IMG/VR virus record: IMGVR_UViG_3300036818_000127 | Coordinates: 1 to 64,000 of that record | Reading direction: 5' to 3' (one strand) | Length of the DNA: 64,000 bases | Source of the DNA: a virus | Part shown: one piece after another, positions 7,454 to 16,748 of the stretch | Numbering within the stretch: position 1 is the stretch's first letter | Layout of the letters: the number at the start of each line of letters is the position of its first letter | The notes under the pieces: generated by a model | The model's input: only the letters and a program-made list of their open reading frames with translations | What the model was told of the DNA's origin: nothing | Databases searched by the model: none | Program-made: the position numbers and the translations under genes

Positions 7454-9680
7454 CTCGCGTGTTACCTATCCCTTGTCCGTCTCGTGTGTATCCTTTGATA
7501 GCGACATAATGAACTGATGTTCCACTTCCTATCTCTGCTACTAAGACAGTATCCGGCGGTGCTTGAGAGAAACCTAGTAGGGAGACAAGTTCAGATAGGG
7601 CCACGCTATCCGGCGGAGCTACAAAAACTGCTACTCCGCCTGATGTGAGCATGGCAAGCTCTGAAAGCTGCACATTCTCAGGTGTGGCTTGAACTTTTCC
7701 AAGCATGAATTTTTGTTCTAAAAGCTGTATAAGATCAGTAGATTGGGCATTCCCCACCACCTGTACCAATTCTGTAAGTTGAGCAAAGTCTGATGCCTGC
7801 ATGCTTCCCTGTAAGGCGGTAGTCTCTGCTGAAAACACGCTCTCGATGGACTGGATGATACCTTTTAATTGAGAGAGGTCAGAAAGTTGGGTAGTATCAG
7901 AGTTTTGGAGAGTACCTAGGGAATTGATAGCCTCACCTAACTGCACTGTTTCAGGCGAGATTACAGTGTTGCCTTGCAAGGAAGTTTGATCGCTTGGCCC
8001 AGTAGTATCTGTGATTTTAGGCAATCCAAGTAAGGATACAAGATCAGAAATGGCAACAGACTCCGGTGGTGCAATAAAGACGGTTGCTGTAAAGGAAGAA
8101 ACAGTCTCGCTAAGGAGGATACTCTCAAACCCTAGAGTAGTCGCCCCTAGTAGATTAAGCAGATCAGATAATGGTATAGCTTCTGATAGTTGAATAGAGC
8201 CTTTTAAGGAATAGCTTTCCCCTAATTGCAGGATCTCGATACTCTGAGATTGGTTCGTGAGCTGTGAAGTCTCTCCAGGTTGCACATTTTCAAGACTTTG
8301 AAGCTTCCCAGCCTGAGAACTATTCTCACTAAGTTGAACATTCTCACTAACTATAGAGGTCATGCCTAATAGATTGATAGTTTCTGTTAGCGGATCAGTA
8401 TCCGTATTTTGCATGGACCCTAAGAGCGTGGGTGTACTCTCTCCTGGCTGAGCAGTGTCTATAGAGGATGGCCGTCCTATCTGTGAGCCACTATCCCCTG
8501 GCTGTGCTAATTCTGCTGCTACCTGAGTACTTCCTAGTAGTGTCATTTGATCAGCAATTGGGTCGCTATCAATGATTGAAGGTCTTCCTACTAGTGCTGT
8601 TGTTCCCTCCCCTGGCTGTGCATTCTCTGCTGCTATTGATGTTATCCCTAAGAGCTGATTTAGGTCTGCTAGGGATGCAGTATCACTAGTGGATGGTTTC
8701 CCAGCTAAGGCTGGAGTATTCTCTCCAGGTTGTGCATTCTCAGAAGCTATTGAAGTAGATCCTGATAGATTTGACTGATCAGATAGTGGCGCACTATCAG
8801 GAACCTGGGTAGACCCTAAGAGAGAGGTAGTTAATTCTAGAGGTGACACACTCTCGCTGGGCTTTGGCATACCTGCTAGCAATGTCGTTTCCCCTATAGA
8901 TACATTCTCAGGAGTAGGTGATGCCTTCCCCGCAAGCGTGCTTAAATCAAGTACTGAAACAGTATCTATAGTGGACGGATTCCCTCCTATTGCAAGTATC
9001 TCTGAAAGCGATGGGGATTCAGATAATGATGGAAGTCCAATAATTGTATATATCTCTGAAACAGATACAGACTCATCAGGAGCGGTAAATGTATTGGTGG
9101 TAGATGCAGGTGTAAACGTACTAGTTGTTATTTGCATGTCATTGGCAACGCCAGCAGAAGATGAGTTGCCAATATAAATAGTGGGATTATCGCCACCTGC
9201 ATTAGAACTATTATCATGATACCATAAATCTGTATATAAACCATCAGTTGCATTAGCAAATGTTATTGTGCTCATAGAGGTATTTGTAAAGGTATAGGTT
9301 GTTTTAGCTGCCGTGTTTGTGGCCTTGTTAATAGTCCCAATTAGAGTATAAACACCACTTACCCATCTAAAAAAACGAATTGTGCAGTCTGACGTTGTTG
9401 ATGCGACGTGCGCAAATGTGAAGATGGCACCCCAATTTCCAGTTGCAAACGTGCCTGCGCCTGGGTAGACTATCCATCCATGGCCCGTTGGAGTCGCGGG
9501 AATGGCCGTAACAGTTGCAAGTCCCGCGCTTCCTTGTGACCACACTTCCGCAAAGACATTTGAGGCAGTCAGAATCGTCTGCTTCGATGTCTCAACACCG
9601 CCGCTAGCCGATGCCATTGCGCAAGCAGTTGCCAGCGTTCCATCTGCAATTGATGTACCGTAGTATGTCAATGTTGCCAT
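7425..9680 (-). CDS. Tail-associated protein with long 19-21 aa tandem repeats
   Basis: Repeats of the form ENAQPGExTxLxG; S/T rich; in the tail module. Confidence 0.7.
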   Translation of the reverse strand: MATLTYYGTSIADGTLATACAMASASGGVETSKQTILTASNVFAEVWSQGSAGLATVTAIPATPTGHGWIVYPGAGTFATGNWGAIFTFAHVASTTSDCTIRFFRWVSGVYTLIGTINKATNTAAKTTYTFTNTSMSTITFANATDGLYTDLWYHDNSSNAGGDNPTIYIGNSSSAGVANDMQITTSTFTPASTTNTFTAPDESVSVSEIYTIIGLPSLSESPSLSEILAIGGNPSTIDTVSVLDLSTLAGKASPTPENVSIGETTLLAGMPKPSESVSPLELTTSLLGSTQVPDSAPLSDQSNLSGSTSIASENAQPGENTPALAGKPSTSDTASLADLNQLLGITSIAAENAQPGEGTTALVGRPSIIDSDPIADQMTLLGSTQVAAELAQPGDSGSQIGRPSSIDTAQPGESTPTLLGSMQNTDTDPLTETINLLGMTSIVSENVQLSENSSQAGKLQSLENVQPGETSQLTNQSQSIEILQLGESYSLKGSIQLSEAIPLSDLLNLLGATTLGFESILLSETVSSFTATVFIAPPESVAISDLVSLLGLPKITDTTGPSDQTSLQGNTVISPETVQLGEAINSLGTLQNSDTTQLSDLSQLKGIIQSIESVFSAETTALQGSMQASDFAQLTELVQVVGNAQSTDLIQLLEQKFMLGKVQATPENVQLSELAMLTSGGVAVFVAPPDSVALSELVSLLGFSQAPPDTVLVAEIGSGTSVHYVAIKGYTRDGQGIGNTRDGIATERND

Positions 9681-9683
9681 TGA

Positions 9684-9968
9684 TCAAGTTACCCCTAACA
9701 CACCAGCACAGTTAAACAAAAACACGCTCCCTGTCGCGTGTGCCTGACCAGCGGCTAACAGATTGAAATTAGCAAGATCAGCTATAAAAGCTTGGATTAA
9801 GGCTTTATCTCCTGATGCAATACCAAGACCATCCATCACTGTTCCAGTCAAGTTCTGATTGTAAATGAACTGCCTGTCCTTAGCCCAATTGATGATCCTT
9901 CTCCACTCTTGCACGTCGTTTTGAAGTGCAACAGTTAAGTGTGTTGAGTCCATTGGAATGAATGACAT
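9684..9968 (-). CDS. Hypothetical tail-module protein
   Basis: 94 aa, AAGGAG RBS. Confidence 0.65.
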   Translation of the reverse strand: MSFIPMDSTHLTVALQNDVQEWRRIINWAKDRQFIYNQNLTGTVMDGLGIASGDKALIQAFIADLANFNLLAAGQAHATGSVFLFNCAGVLGVT

Positions 9969-10009
9969 ATCTTTCTCCTTTCTGTTGATATACAGGCATT
10001 AGATGTATA

Positions 10010-10885
10010 TCAACACTTTTCGACCAAAGTGAGAGTTTCGTTTGTGCTTGAGTTGAGTACAAATCCAGGAATAATAATGTGAGAAGCTGTAGTGCCTGTT
10101 CCTATTGTTGCATTATTTGATGTGTATGCCTCCGTGTAAGTACCAGCATTGCCTGATGTACCCGTAATTGTTGCGACGATAGTTACCTGCCGATTACCGA
10201 GTCCCGAGGTTGCAAGGAATGTAAATGCGCCACCTGCCAGTGCTCCAGAGTCAACGGTCCCACTGACTGAAGAGGGATTGTCGGTAACTGAGGGGATCGC
10301 GCAGATGTCTGTGCCAATTGGAAAGTTTGCACTTGGAGTAAAGGAGGTAACTGTAAGAGATGTGGCAAGGGCAGCAGCGAGAGCACTTAGTGTTACTGTC
10401 TGTGGCGTTGCCCCATTGTAGCCAAGCGTCAACGTTGCGCCGTTAGCAAGTGCTGCGGTCAGAGCTGAAATGGAGAGCGATGTAATAGGAGAGACACCTG
10501 TAGCGGCAGTTAGTTTTGCACATGCTCCATTCGGAGACACCACTACATGACTCATGATAGCAATGGCACTACCTGCATTATTCCATAGATTCTTTAGCAG
10601 GGAGATGCCGCCATTGTCCGTAATAACGTTATGATGACATGATCTTTCATGCAGCTCGCCAGTATTGGCATCCCAATTCTCTAATTCCCAGATACACTGG
10701 TGGCGAGCTGACCCCTTGACTACTTCCTCAAAGGATATTGGTTTTTGCTTCCCTCTCCAGTAGCCTGGAATAGCAATATAGCGATACTCAGGGAGGTGAA
10801 GGCCAGATTTAAGCCTTTTTGTCTTCCATTCGTGGAGCATTCTCCTATTCTCAGGTATCTCATTAGGCAGAATGATATTAGCCAT
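10010..10885 (-). CDS. Minor tail / fiber-like protein
   Basis: HNVITDNG motif; A/T/S/G-rich beta protein. Confidence 0.65.
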   Translation of the reverse strand: MANIILPNEIPENRRMLHEWKTKRLKSGLHLPEYRYIAIPGYWRGKQKPISFEEVVKGSARHQCIWELENWDANTGELHERSCHHNVITDNGGISLLKNLWNNAGSAIAIMSHVVVSPNGACAKLTAATGVSPITSLSISALTAALANGATLTLGYNGATPQTVTLSALAAALATSLTVTSFTPSANFPIGTDICAIPSVTDNPSSVSGTVDSGALAGGAFTFLATSGLGNRQVTIVATITGTSGNAGTYTEAYTSNNATIGTGTTASHIIIPGFVLNSSTNETLTLVEKC

Positions 10886-11214
10886 TATTCACCTTCCTCT
10901 TCTTCTGTTTCAGAGTCTTCCTCATCCTCATATTCATAAGCAGGGATCTCCCCATAGAAATCTGGTTCGTTATGCCATTTGGTTTCTTCTGGATTTCTCG
11001 GGTGATTCCAGGAATGCTTCTCAGGAGAAGTATTGTAGACTGCACCTTTTACGCCTAGAGATTTCCCGCCCTTGTCAATCTCTAGATCAGCATAGTGAAG
11101 GCCATCTCTCTCTTCTATGCTCTTAATGGTTGCTTCGTATATCTGACCATCATGATCAATATAGAAGGCCTTCTCATCTATGCTTGTTTCTTTATTGTTT
11201 ACGATAATTGCCAT
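10885..11214 (-). CDS. Hypothetical protein with acidic tail
   Basis: 109-aa coupled ORF. Confidence 0.65.
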   Translation of the reverse strand: MAIIVNNKETSIDEKAFYIDHDGQIYEATIKSIEERDGLHYADLEIDKGGKSLGVKGAVYNTSPEKHSWNHPRNPEETKWHNEPDFYGEIPAYEYEDEEDSETEEEEGE

Positions 11215-11277
11215 GTTGTCGCCTGCCCTCTCTTGAAAGGATCAAGCTGACGGCCAGTCATGCTGGTTTCTCATCAG

Positions 11278-11478
11278 TTACACTATGTTGATCATTCCCA
11301 TCATGATCAGGTTGACTGATGGGTTGATGCCTTGCGTCGCTTCGACATCTGTCTGGACTGGATCGGTCCAGAGCCATACAAGGAAGTATGTATCAGTATG
11401 GAGTAGGGTTGTCCCCCTGTATCCATTCATAGTATCAAGGTCGCTTTGTGTATTCTTCGTGACATACACAGAATTCAT
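11278..11478 (-). CDS. Hypothetical protein
   Basis: 66 aa, AAGGAG RBS. Confidence 0.55.
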   Translation of the reverse strand: MNSVYVTKNTQSDLDTMNGYRGTTLLHTDTYFLVWLWTDPVQTDVEATQGINPSVNLIMMGMINIV

Positions 11479-11494
11479 GTATTCTCTCTCCTTT

Positions 11495-14400
11495 CTAATT
11501 GACAGTAGAAGCTAGAAGCTTCATCCAGCTCCCAGCGTTAGGCCCCATCTCGCACGTCACTGCATACCAGTACATCTGCGTAGGGTTGCCGCTAGCAGGA
11601 TCTAGCGTTGTTGTTTGCGTCATGTCGATGGAGGTGATAAGTGCTGAGATATCATTCATGCTCGTTTCAGGATTGAAGATGGGAAGATACTGGCCGATTG
11701 CGAGACCTGATCGCAGTGTAGAGAACTGGATCTCATTGCCGATAACCCCATTCCTTTGAAGCAATTCATTAGCCAGGGCGGTGGCCGCTGCCATGTTGAG
11801 ATTTTGAGATGAGACATCAGTCGTTTCCTCTACAATTCCCGTACCTCCAGACAGTGCTGCAAATTGTGCTTGTGAGGTAGTTCCTGGAAACTGACCAATA
11901 TTGTCTACTGTGACTGTTGTCGTGAACTGATAGGTATAGCTTGGGAAGCTAAGCCGGTCTGTTGGTTGCAAGAGTTTGCCGGACGCATCCTGGTCGATTA
12001 CCGCACTATCAAGTGTCCAGTAGAAATCCTTACCTGTATCAATGCCTTTCACCCCGACCGCCTGGAGCTGGTCGTTGAGGTAGATGGTCGGTGTGTCAAT
12101 GAGGATGCCTCCGAGCGTCCAGGACCGCGTTGTGCTATCCCCTGTCTTGAATTCGCTCCCTACTCCAGTCGCAACAACGCCTGTGATGTTTTGCCTGTTC
12201 CTATAGAGGTCCCCATTATTAGTGACCTGGAGGGCTTGCGGGCCAGCAACAAGAATATCCTTATTCGTCAGAATCCAAGGTGCTGGAATAGCCTGATAGG
12301 ATGCAAAGATTATATTGAGACTCTTATCAATAACCCAATAGGTATTTGACTTCTTTGCAATATCATCATTATTTGCTGAGATATAGGTAAAGAGATAGCT
12401 TGCAGTAGGGATAAGGGCACCAAGGTTGATATTTGGATGAAGAGCAGCGAGCACTAGGTTCGTTAATTGTGGCGTAACTTCTGGATCTGCACTCATCATT
12501 GTTATTCGTGTATAGGCATTGATCCCACTAAGGGATTGCCCGAGCGGTTGTATCCTCAGATTATGGAAAGAGTCCCCATTTCCGCCTGTCCCGCTAACAT
12601 GGATGAGCCCTACTTTTCCAGGTCCTACGAGACTGCTATCTGTTGTTGAGATCACACTATTCCCATCGAAGAAGATCGTGATTGCCGTACCTACCATCAT
12701 GGCGCGGATGCGGTAGGGTGTTCCCCTATTGAAGGTGATCGCTGTACTTGTTCCCAGCTGCGTCTTGACATTGGCGACTACCTTGAATAGCTTCAGAGTA
12801 TTGATTGAACCTGCATTAGAGGCGCTATCAAAGAGGTCAAGCTCATAGAAGTTACTTGCATCTGTCTGCCGCCAGACCAGCCCGCCGCAATTAATCTGGT
12901 CAGCATCTACAATCACATCTATATCCTTGACGGAGACGGAAGATTGAGAAGTGAGAGCCCCGACAGCAAAGAAGGCAGAAGGATTAGCCTGACTGCTATA
13001 GGTAGTAGCAATCCAGCCAGGAGTACGTACCACATTTGAGACACGTACCTCATCTATAGATCCAAGATAATAGCCTAATGCATCAGTACGCCTGCCAATA
13101 TTGAATAAGCTAGAGGTCCCTAGGGCAAGGGAAAGGCTTCCATTATTCGCTGCTACTGCTCCATTGATGTAGAGCACAACTGTGTGTGAGCTGGCTACAT
13201 AGGTCCCGACGAGGTGATACCACGTGTTAATGTTCCATGCTTGACTTGCGATAATATGCTGTCCTGTAGCATCATTGACTGCAAAGGCGATGGTCCCGCC
13301 TCCAGCAGCATCTAAGGCAAATTGGTAGACATTTGTTCCATCGATATTGTTGATGAGGATGCGAGGGTCAGCTCCATTTGAGTCTATGGCAAAGGAGGCT
13401 GCATTGATCCATAGCTCAATAGTCTTATCTCCAGTGATATCTACAGCCGCACCTGCAACACTAAAATAATCTGCCAGCCCATCAAAGGTAAATCCCCCAT
13501 CGATCTTGCCGCTAGTTTGCACAGGAGCATTATTCTGTACTGCCGTTTGAGCATTGGAGGTAGAGTCTAGTTGGTTGGCACCTGATACTGCATCCATGTG
13601 CCAGACAGCTTTGTAGTTTGAGTCCCAGACGCTAGTAGCAGCCTCCTGAGTAGTAGAGATAGAGGCATTATTAAAGTAGATATAGAGTACGGTATCTACT
13701 GTATGAGAAAGTGTTGGTATTCGTATCCACATCTCTATCTCGCCTGTTACGGGATTATAGCTCTCTATCTCATGATCAAGCTTTATAGTCTCTGTACTAT
13801 CAACAAAGATAATATCAAACCCATTGATATTATGAACATACCCACCGTTATCAACTGTTGCAAGCTGTGGATCGACCATAGAGATGGGAAAGTTGAAGTT
13901 CGTGAGATCTGACCCACCAATCACTTTTGTATGACTGATAATAATTTGCTTCTTATTAAGGTAGGAAGTATTAAACCAGACAGGAGAATAGAGCAAGAGG
14001 GCACTTGTTCCGCTGTTGATAGTGACTCGTGAGTTTGCAGTATCAAAGTTCCAGGTCCCTACTACTCCGCTAGTCTTGAAGGTGCTGACATAGTTGAGAT
14101 GAGAGTCGATGGCAAAGGTATCAAGGACTGGAGGGGGTTGAGTAGTGATCCCAGCGATTGGACCGCCGTTGAGCACATTGGTATAAGTCACATTGTCAGG
14201 CGACGTGGCTACGACTACCGTCGTGTTTGGAGGCGTGATAGCACTCCAGTTCACGACGGTAGCCCCAGCCACTAACGCAGAGGCCAAGGAGAGAACAGGA
14301 GAAATACGTGTGCCACTACTGCTATACCCACCCAGAACACGGGCCACTAAACTTTGAAGCTGAGGGGCAGCACTAGCACTAGCTGTTGTTAAGGTAACTT

Positions 14401-16747
14401 TCAACTGGAAAGAAATACCTGATAGAGATTGACCTAATGTGAGGTTCGGGATAGGACCACCATTCGTGACCGTTTGGAAAGAGCTACCTCCATTGATGGT
14501 ACTCTCTACAAGAATGTTCGTGCTCTGGTTGCCAATTGACTCATCCTGCCAACTCACCACGCTATTGAGATAGGTTCCTGCTCCCGTCAAGGAAGTACTT
14601 GGATTTTTGAACGTCCCATTAAGTCCTACTACAGTTACCCCAAAGTTGTTGAACTGCCCTTGGTACCCCGATGATACATTGGCATTAGAAGCGCGAAATG
14701 AAATCTTACCAGAAGCAGTATAAGTACCATCAGTTGAATTAATGAGTACAGTATCATCTACCCATACCTGATGATTAGTCCCATTAAAAATGATTGTGAC
14801 GTGATGCCAGCTAGCCGTTGTAAGACCTGTAGATGCTGAGGCAACCTGTGTTCTTGTACCTGTAGAGGAAGCAGAACTATTTGATCCTTTTTGCAATGAT
14901 ACTGTATTTAGGGCACACTGAACAGAGTAGGCATAATTAGCATCCCAATTGCTATCATTTGTTCCTCTATAGCTAATGGCGGCGAACCCATCTGTTCTGT
15001 CAAAGTAGATATCACAGTCTATTCTTCCAGCCTGCCAACTCCCAGCAAAGTCTGCCCTTGCATGCCCTTCCATTGAGACGCCTGTTGCAACCCACAGCAC
15101 TCCGCGATTGCAGAACATCTTGATAGTTGTAGGGCCTGGGCCAGACCCAGAGGCACCAAAGAGAACTAATCCTGAAAGGTCTGCTGTACTCCATTCCCTG
15201 ACAACCTGCAATAGTATGAGAAGCGTCCCTGGAACCTGAGTATTCGTAAAAGTCATCCCTGGTGCATTCCACTCGGCATTTGTTGTTCCTGACCATGTTA
15301 CGTCTGATTTCGTGGCCGTATAGCTCGGGTCAAGGGTAACCTGCAAGCTATTAAGAGCAGGTGCCGACTCAGGAGAGGCACCAACGACCTGCTGAAAGGT
15401 TTGTTTAAACGTGAGGGTTTTCCCTGTAAGAGAAAGACCTGCGGGAAGATTAGGGAGGGCTACATTATTCTGGCAAATAGTAAAGGAGTTCCCACCATCA
15501 AGGCTATATTCTACTTGTACACTTGTCTTTTCTGGCTCTGTTACCTGCCATGATATGAATGAACTTCTTAGTATACTAACAGCGCCAATGGAATAATCAG
15601 AGCTGACACGGCTGGCTGTCGTAAAGTCATAGGTATCAACAATAGTACAGCTTACATTAGAATAGCCGCTATTGAATAATTGGCGAGGTGGGTTGACATC
15701 AAATGTGCTACTAAAGAAGGTATTGACAGTAGAACCGCCGCTATCAACTTCTAGGATATTTTTGAAGTATGCAGTATATGTGCCTGATGAATTTCCCTCT
15801 AACACAACAGTAAGATAGGCAATCGTTTTACCGCTGAAATTATCTAGTAAGAAACTACGATGGTACCACTTCCCTTTTGCATTGCCGCCTATCTCCTGAG
15901 ATGGATGAGGTGGAATATTTTGTGAGTCATAATAGCGATAATCCTGCACTGCATCTCGAAGTGTCGTCCCATCCGTAAACACGATGTCAACCCCGACTTG
16001 CCCTGATGGTGATGCTGGATCGATCCATACATCATAGACGAGATAGCGGCTGCCGACTACAGTAATGCCACCTCCTGAGAAGAATTGAATATAGGTATAG
16101 GCATTGCCATCCCCTGTTAAGCTTTGTGTCCCGACTAACTTAATTGCAGGTGTAGCTGTAGGTATCAGGCTATTGTTGGCTGCGGTGGTATTGGTGAGAG
16201 ATCCTGTAGAGAAGTTAGAAGTTGTATCCTCAACGATATTGACCTGAGATCCTGCAAGATTAAGTTCTAAATCCCCGCCGAGGTTAGGAGTTGCCATCGT
16301 TCCCGCGAGCGTGCCCTGACCAAAATCAGCTTGGTTATTATCCTCTCTGATTGCATAATTTGCGCTTACACCCTCTGCTGCAAGGACATCATTGACCATG
16401 CCTGCAACAATCACGCCTCCATATTGATTAGTATAGACTCTATTGCTTGTTCTCTTGTCTGCAATGAAGTGATTATCAATACATGCAATAGTATGGTAGC
16501 GCATTGTATTATTGCCAGGGACCTTATTAATTTGAGAGGTATTGATAAAACCTGTGAAGATTGTCCCTTGCAAGGTATCGGATATAGTAACTTGCTGCCC
16601 CTTCTGGAAGAGGAAGGCACTATTATCATCTCGTATAACAAAGTCACAGGTTGAACGCTCATCAATCTTAGTAGAGAGCTTGAAAGATCCCTGGAAAATG
16701 TTATAGGTGCTACCTGCCACTGTGACGGTGAGAGTCGTAACTGTCAT
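11495..16747 (-). CDS. Large tail tip / receptor-binding protein with DUF2341-like and LamG/ConA-like domains
   Basis: 1750 aa directly after the tape measure; GFDIIFVD..LDHEIESY..WIRIP, WYHLVGTY and GSIDEVRVSN motifs. Confidence 0.8.
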   Translation of the reverse strand: MTVTTLTVTVAGSTYNIFQGSFKLSTKIDERSTCDFVIRDDNSAFLFQKGQQVTISDTLQGTIFTGFINTSQINKVPGNNTMRYHTIACIDNHFIADKRTSNRVYTNQYGGVIVAGMVNDVLAAEGVSANYAIREDNNQADFGQGTLAGTMATPNLGGDLELNLAGSQVNIVEDTTSNFSTGSLTNTTAANNSLIPTATPAIKLVGTQSLTGDGNAYTYIQFFSGGGITVVGSRYLVYDVWIDPASPSGQVGVDIVFTDGTTLRDAVQDYRYYDSQNIPPHPSQEIGGNAKGKWYHRSFLLDNFSGKTIAYLTVVLEGNSSGTYTAYFKNILEVDSGGSTVNTFFSSTFDVNPPRQLFNSGYSNVSCTIVDTYDFTTASRVSSDYSIGAVSILRSSFISWQVTEPEKTSVQVEYSLDGGNSFTICQNNVALPNLPAGLSLTGKTLTFKQTFQQVVGASPESAPALNSLQVTLDPSYTATKSDVTWSGTTNAEWNAPGMTFTNTQVPGTLLILLQVVREWSTADLSGLVLFGASGSGPGPTTIKMFCNRGVLWVATGVSMEGHARADFAGSWQAGRIDCDIYFDRTDGFAAISYRGTNDSNWDANYAYSVQCALNTVSLQKGSNSSASSTGTRTQVASASTGLTTASWHHVTIIFNGTNHQVWVDDTVLINSTDGTYTASGKISFRASNANVSSGYQGQFNNFGVTVVGLNGTFKNPSTSLTGAGTYLNSVVSWQDESIGNQSTNILVESTINGGSSFQTVTNGGPIPNLTLGQSLSGISFQLKVTLTTASASAAPQLQSLVARVLGGYSSSGTRISPVLSLASALVAGATVVNWSAITPPNTTVVVATSPDNVTYTNVLNGGPIAGITTQPPPVLDTFAIDSHLNYVSTFKTSGVVGTWNFDTANSRVTINSGTSALLLYSPVWFNTSYLNKKQIIISHTKVIGGSDLTNFNFPISMVDPQLATVDNGGYVHNINGFDIIFVDSTETIKLDHEIESYNPVTGEIEMWIRIPTLSHTVDTVLYIYFNNASISTTQEAATSVWDSNYKAVWHMDAVSGANQLDSTSNAQTAVQNNAPVQTSGKIDGGFTFDGLADYFSVAGAAVDITGDKTIELWINAASFAIDSNGADPRILINNIDGTNVYQFALDAAGGGTIAFAVNDATGQHIIASQAWNINTWYHLVGTYVASSHTVVLYINGAVAANNGSLSLALGTSSLFNIGRRTDALGYYLGSIDEVRVSNVVRTPGWIATTYSSQANPSAFFAVGALTSQSSVSVKDIDVIVDADQINCGGLVWRQTDASNFYELDLFDSASNAGSINTLKLFKVVANVKTQLGTSTAITFNRGTPYRIRAMMVGTAITIFFDGNSVISTTDSSLVGPGKVGLIHVSGTGGNGDSFHNLRIQPLGQSLSGINAYTRITMMSADPEVTPQLTNLVLAALHPNINLGALIPTASYLFTYISANNDDIAKKSNTYWVIDKSLNIIFASYQAIPAPWILTNKDILVAGPQALQVTNNGDLYRNRQNITGVVATGVGSEFKTGDSTTRSWTLGGILIDTPTIYLNDQLQAVGVKGIDTGKDFYWTLDSAVIDQDASGKLLQPTDRLSFPSYTYQFTTTVTVDNIGQFPGTTSQAQFAALSGGTGIVEETTDVSSQNLNMAAATALANELLQRNGVIGNEIQFSTLRSGLAIGQYLPIFNPETSMNDISALITSIDMTQTTTLDPASGNPTQMYWYAVTCEMGPNAGSWMKLLASTVN

Positions 16748-16748
16748 C

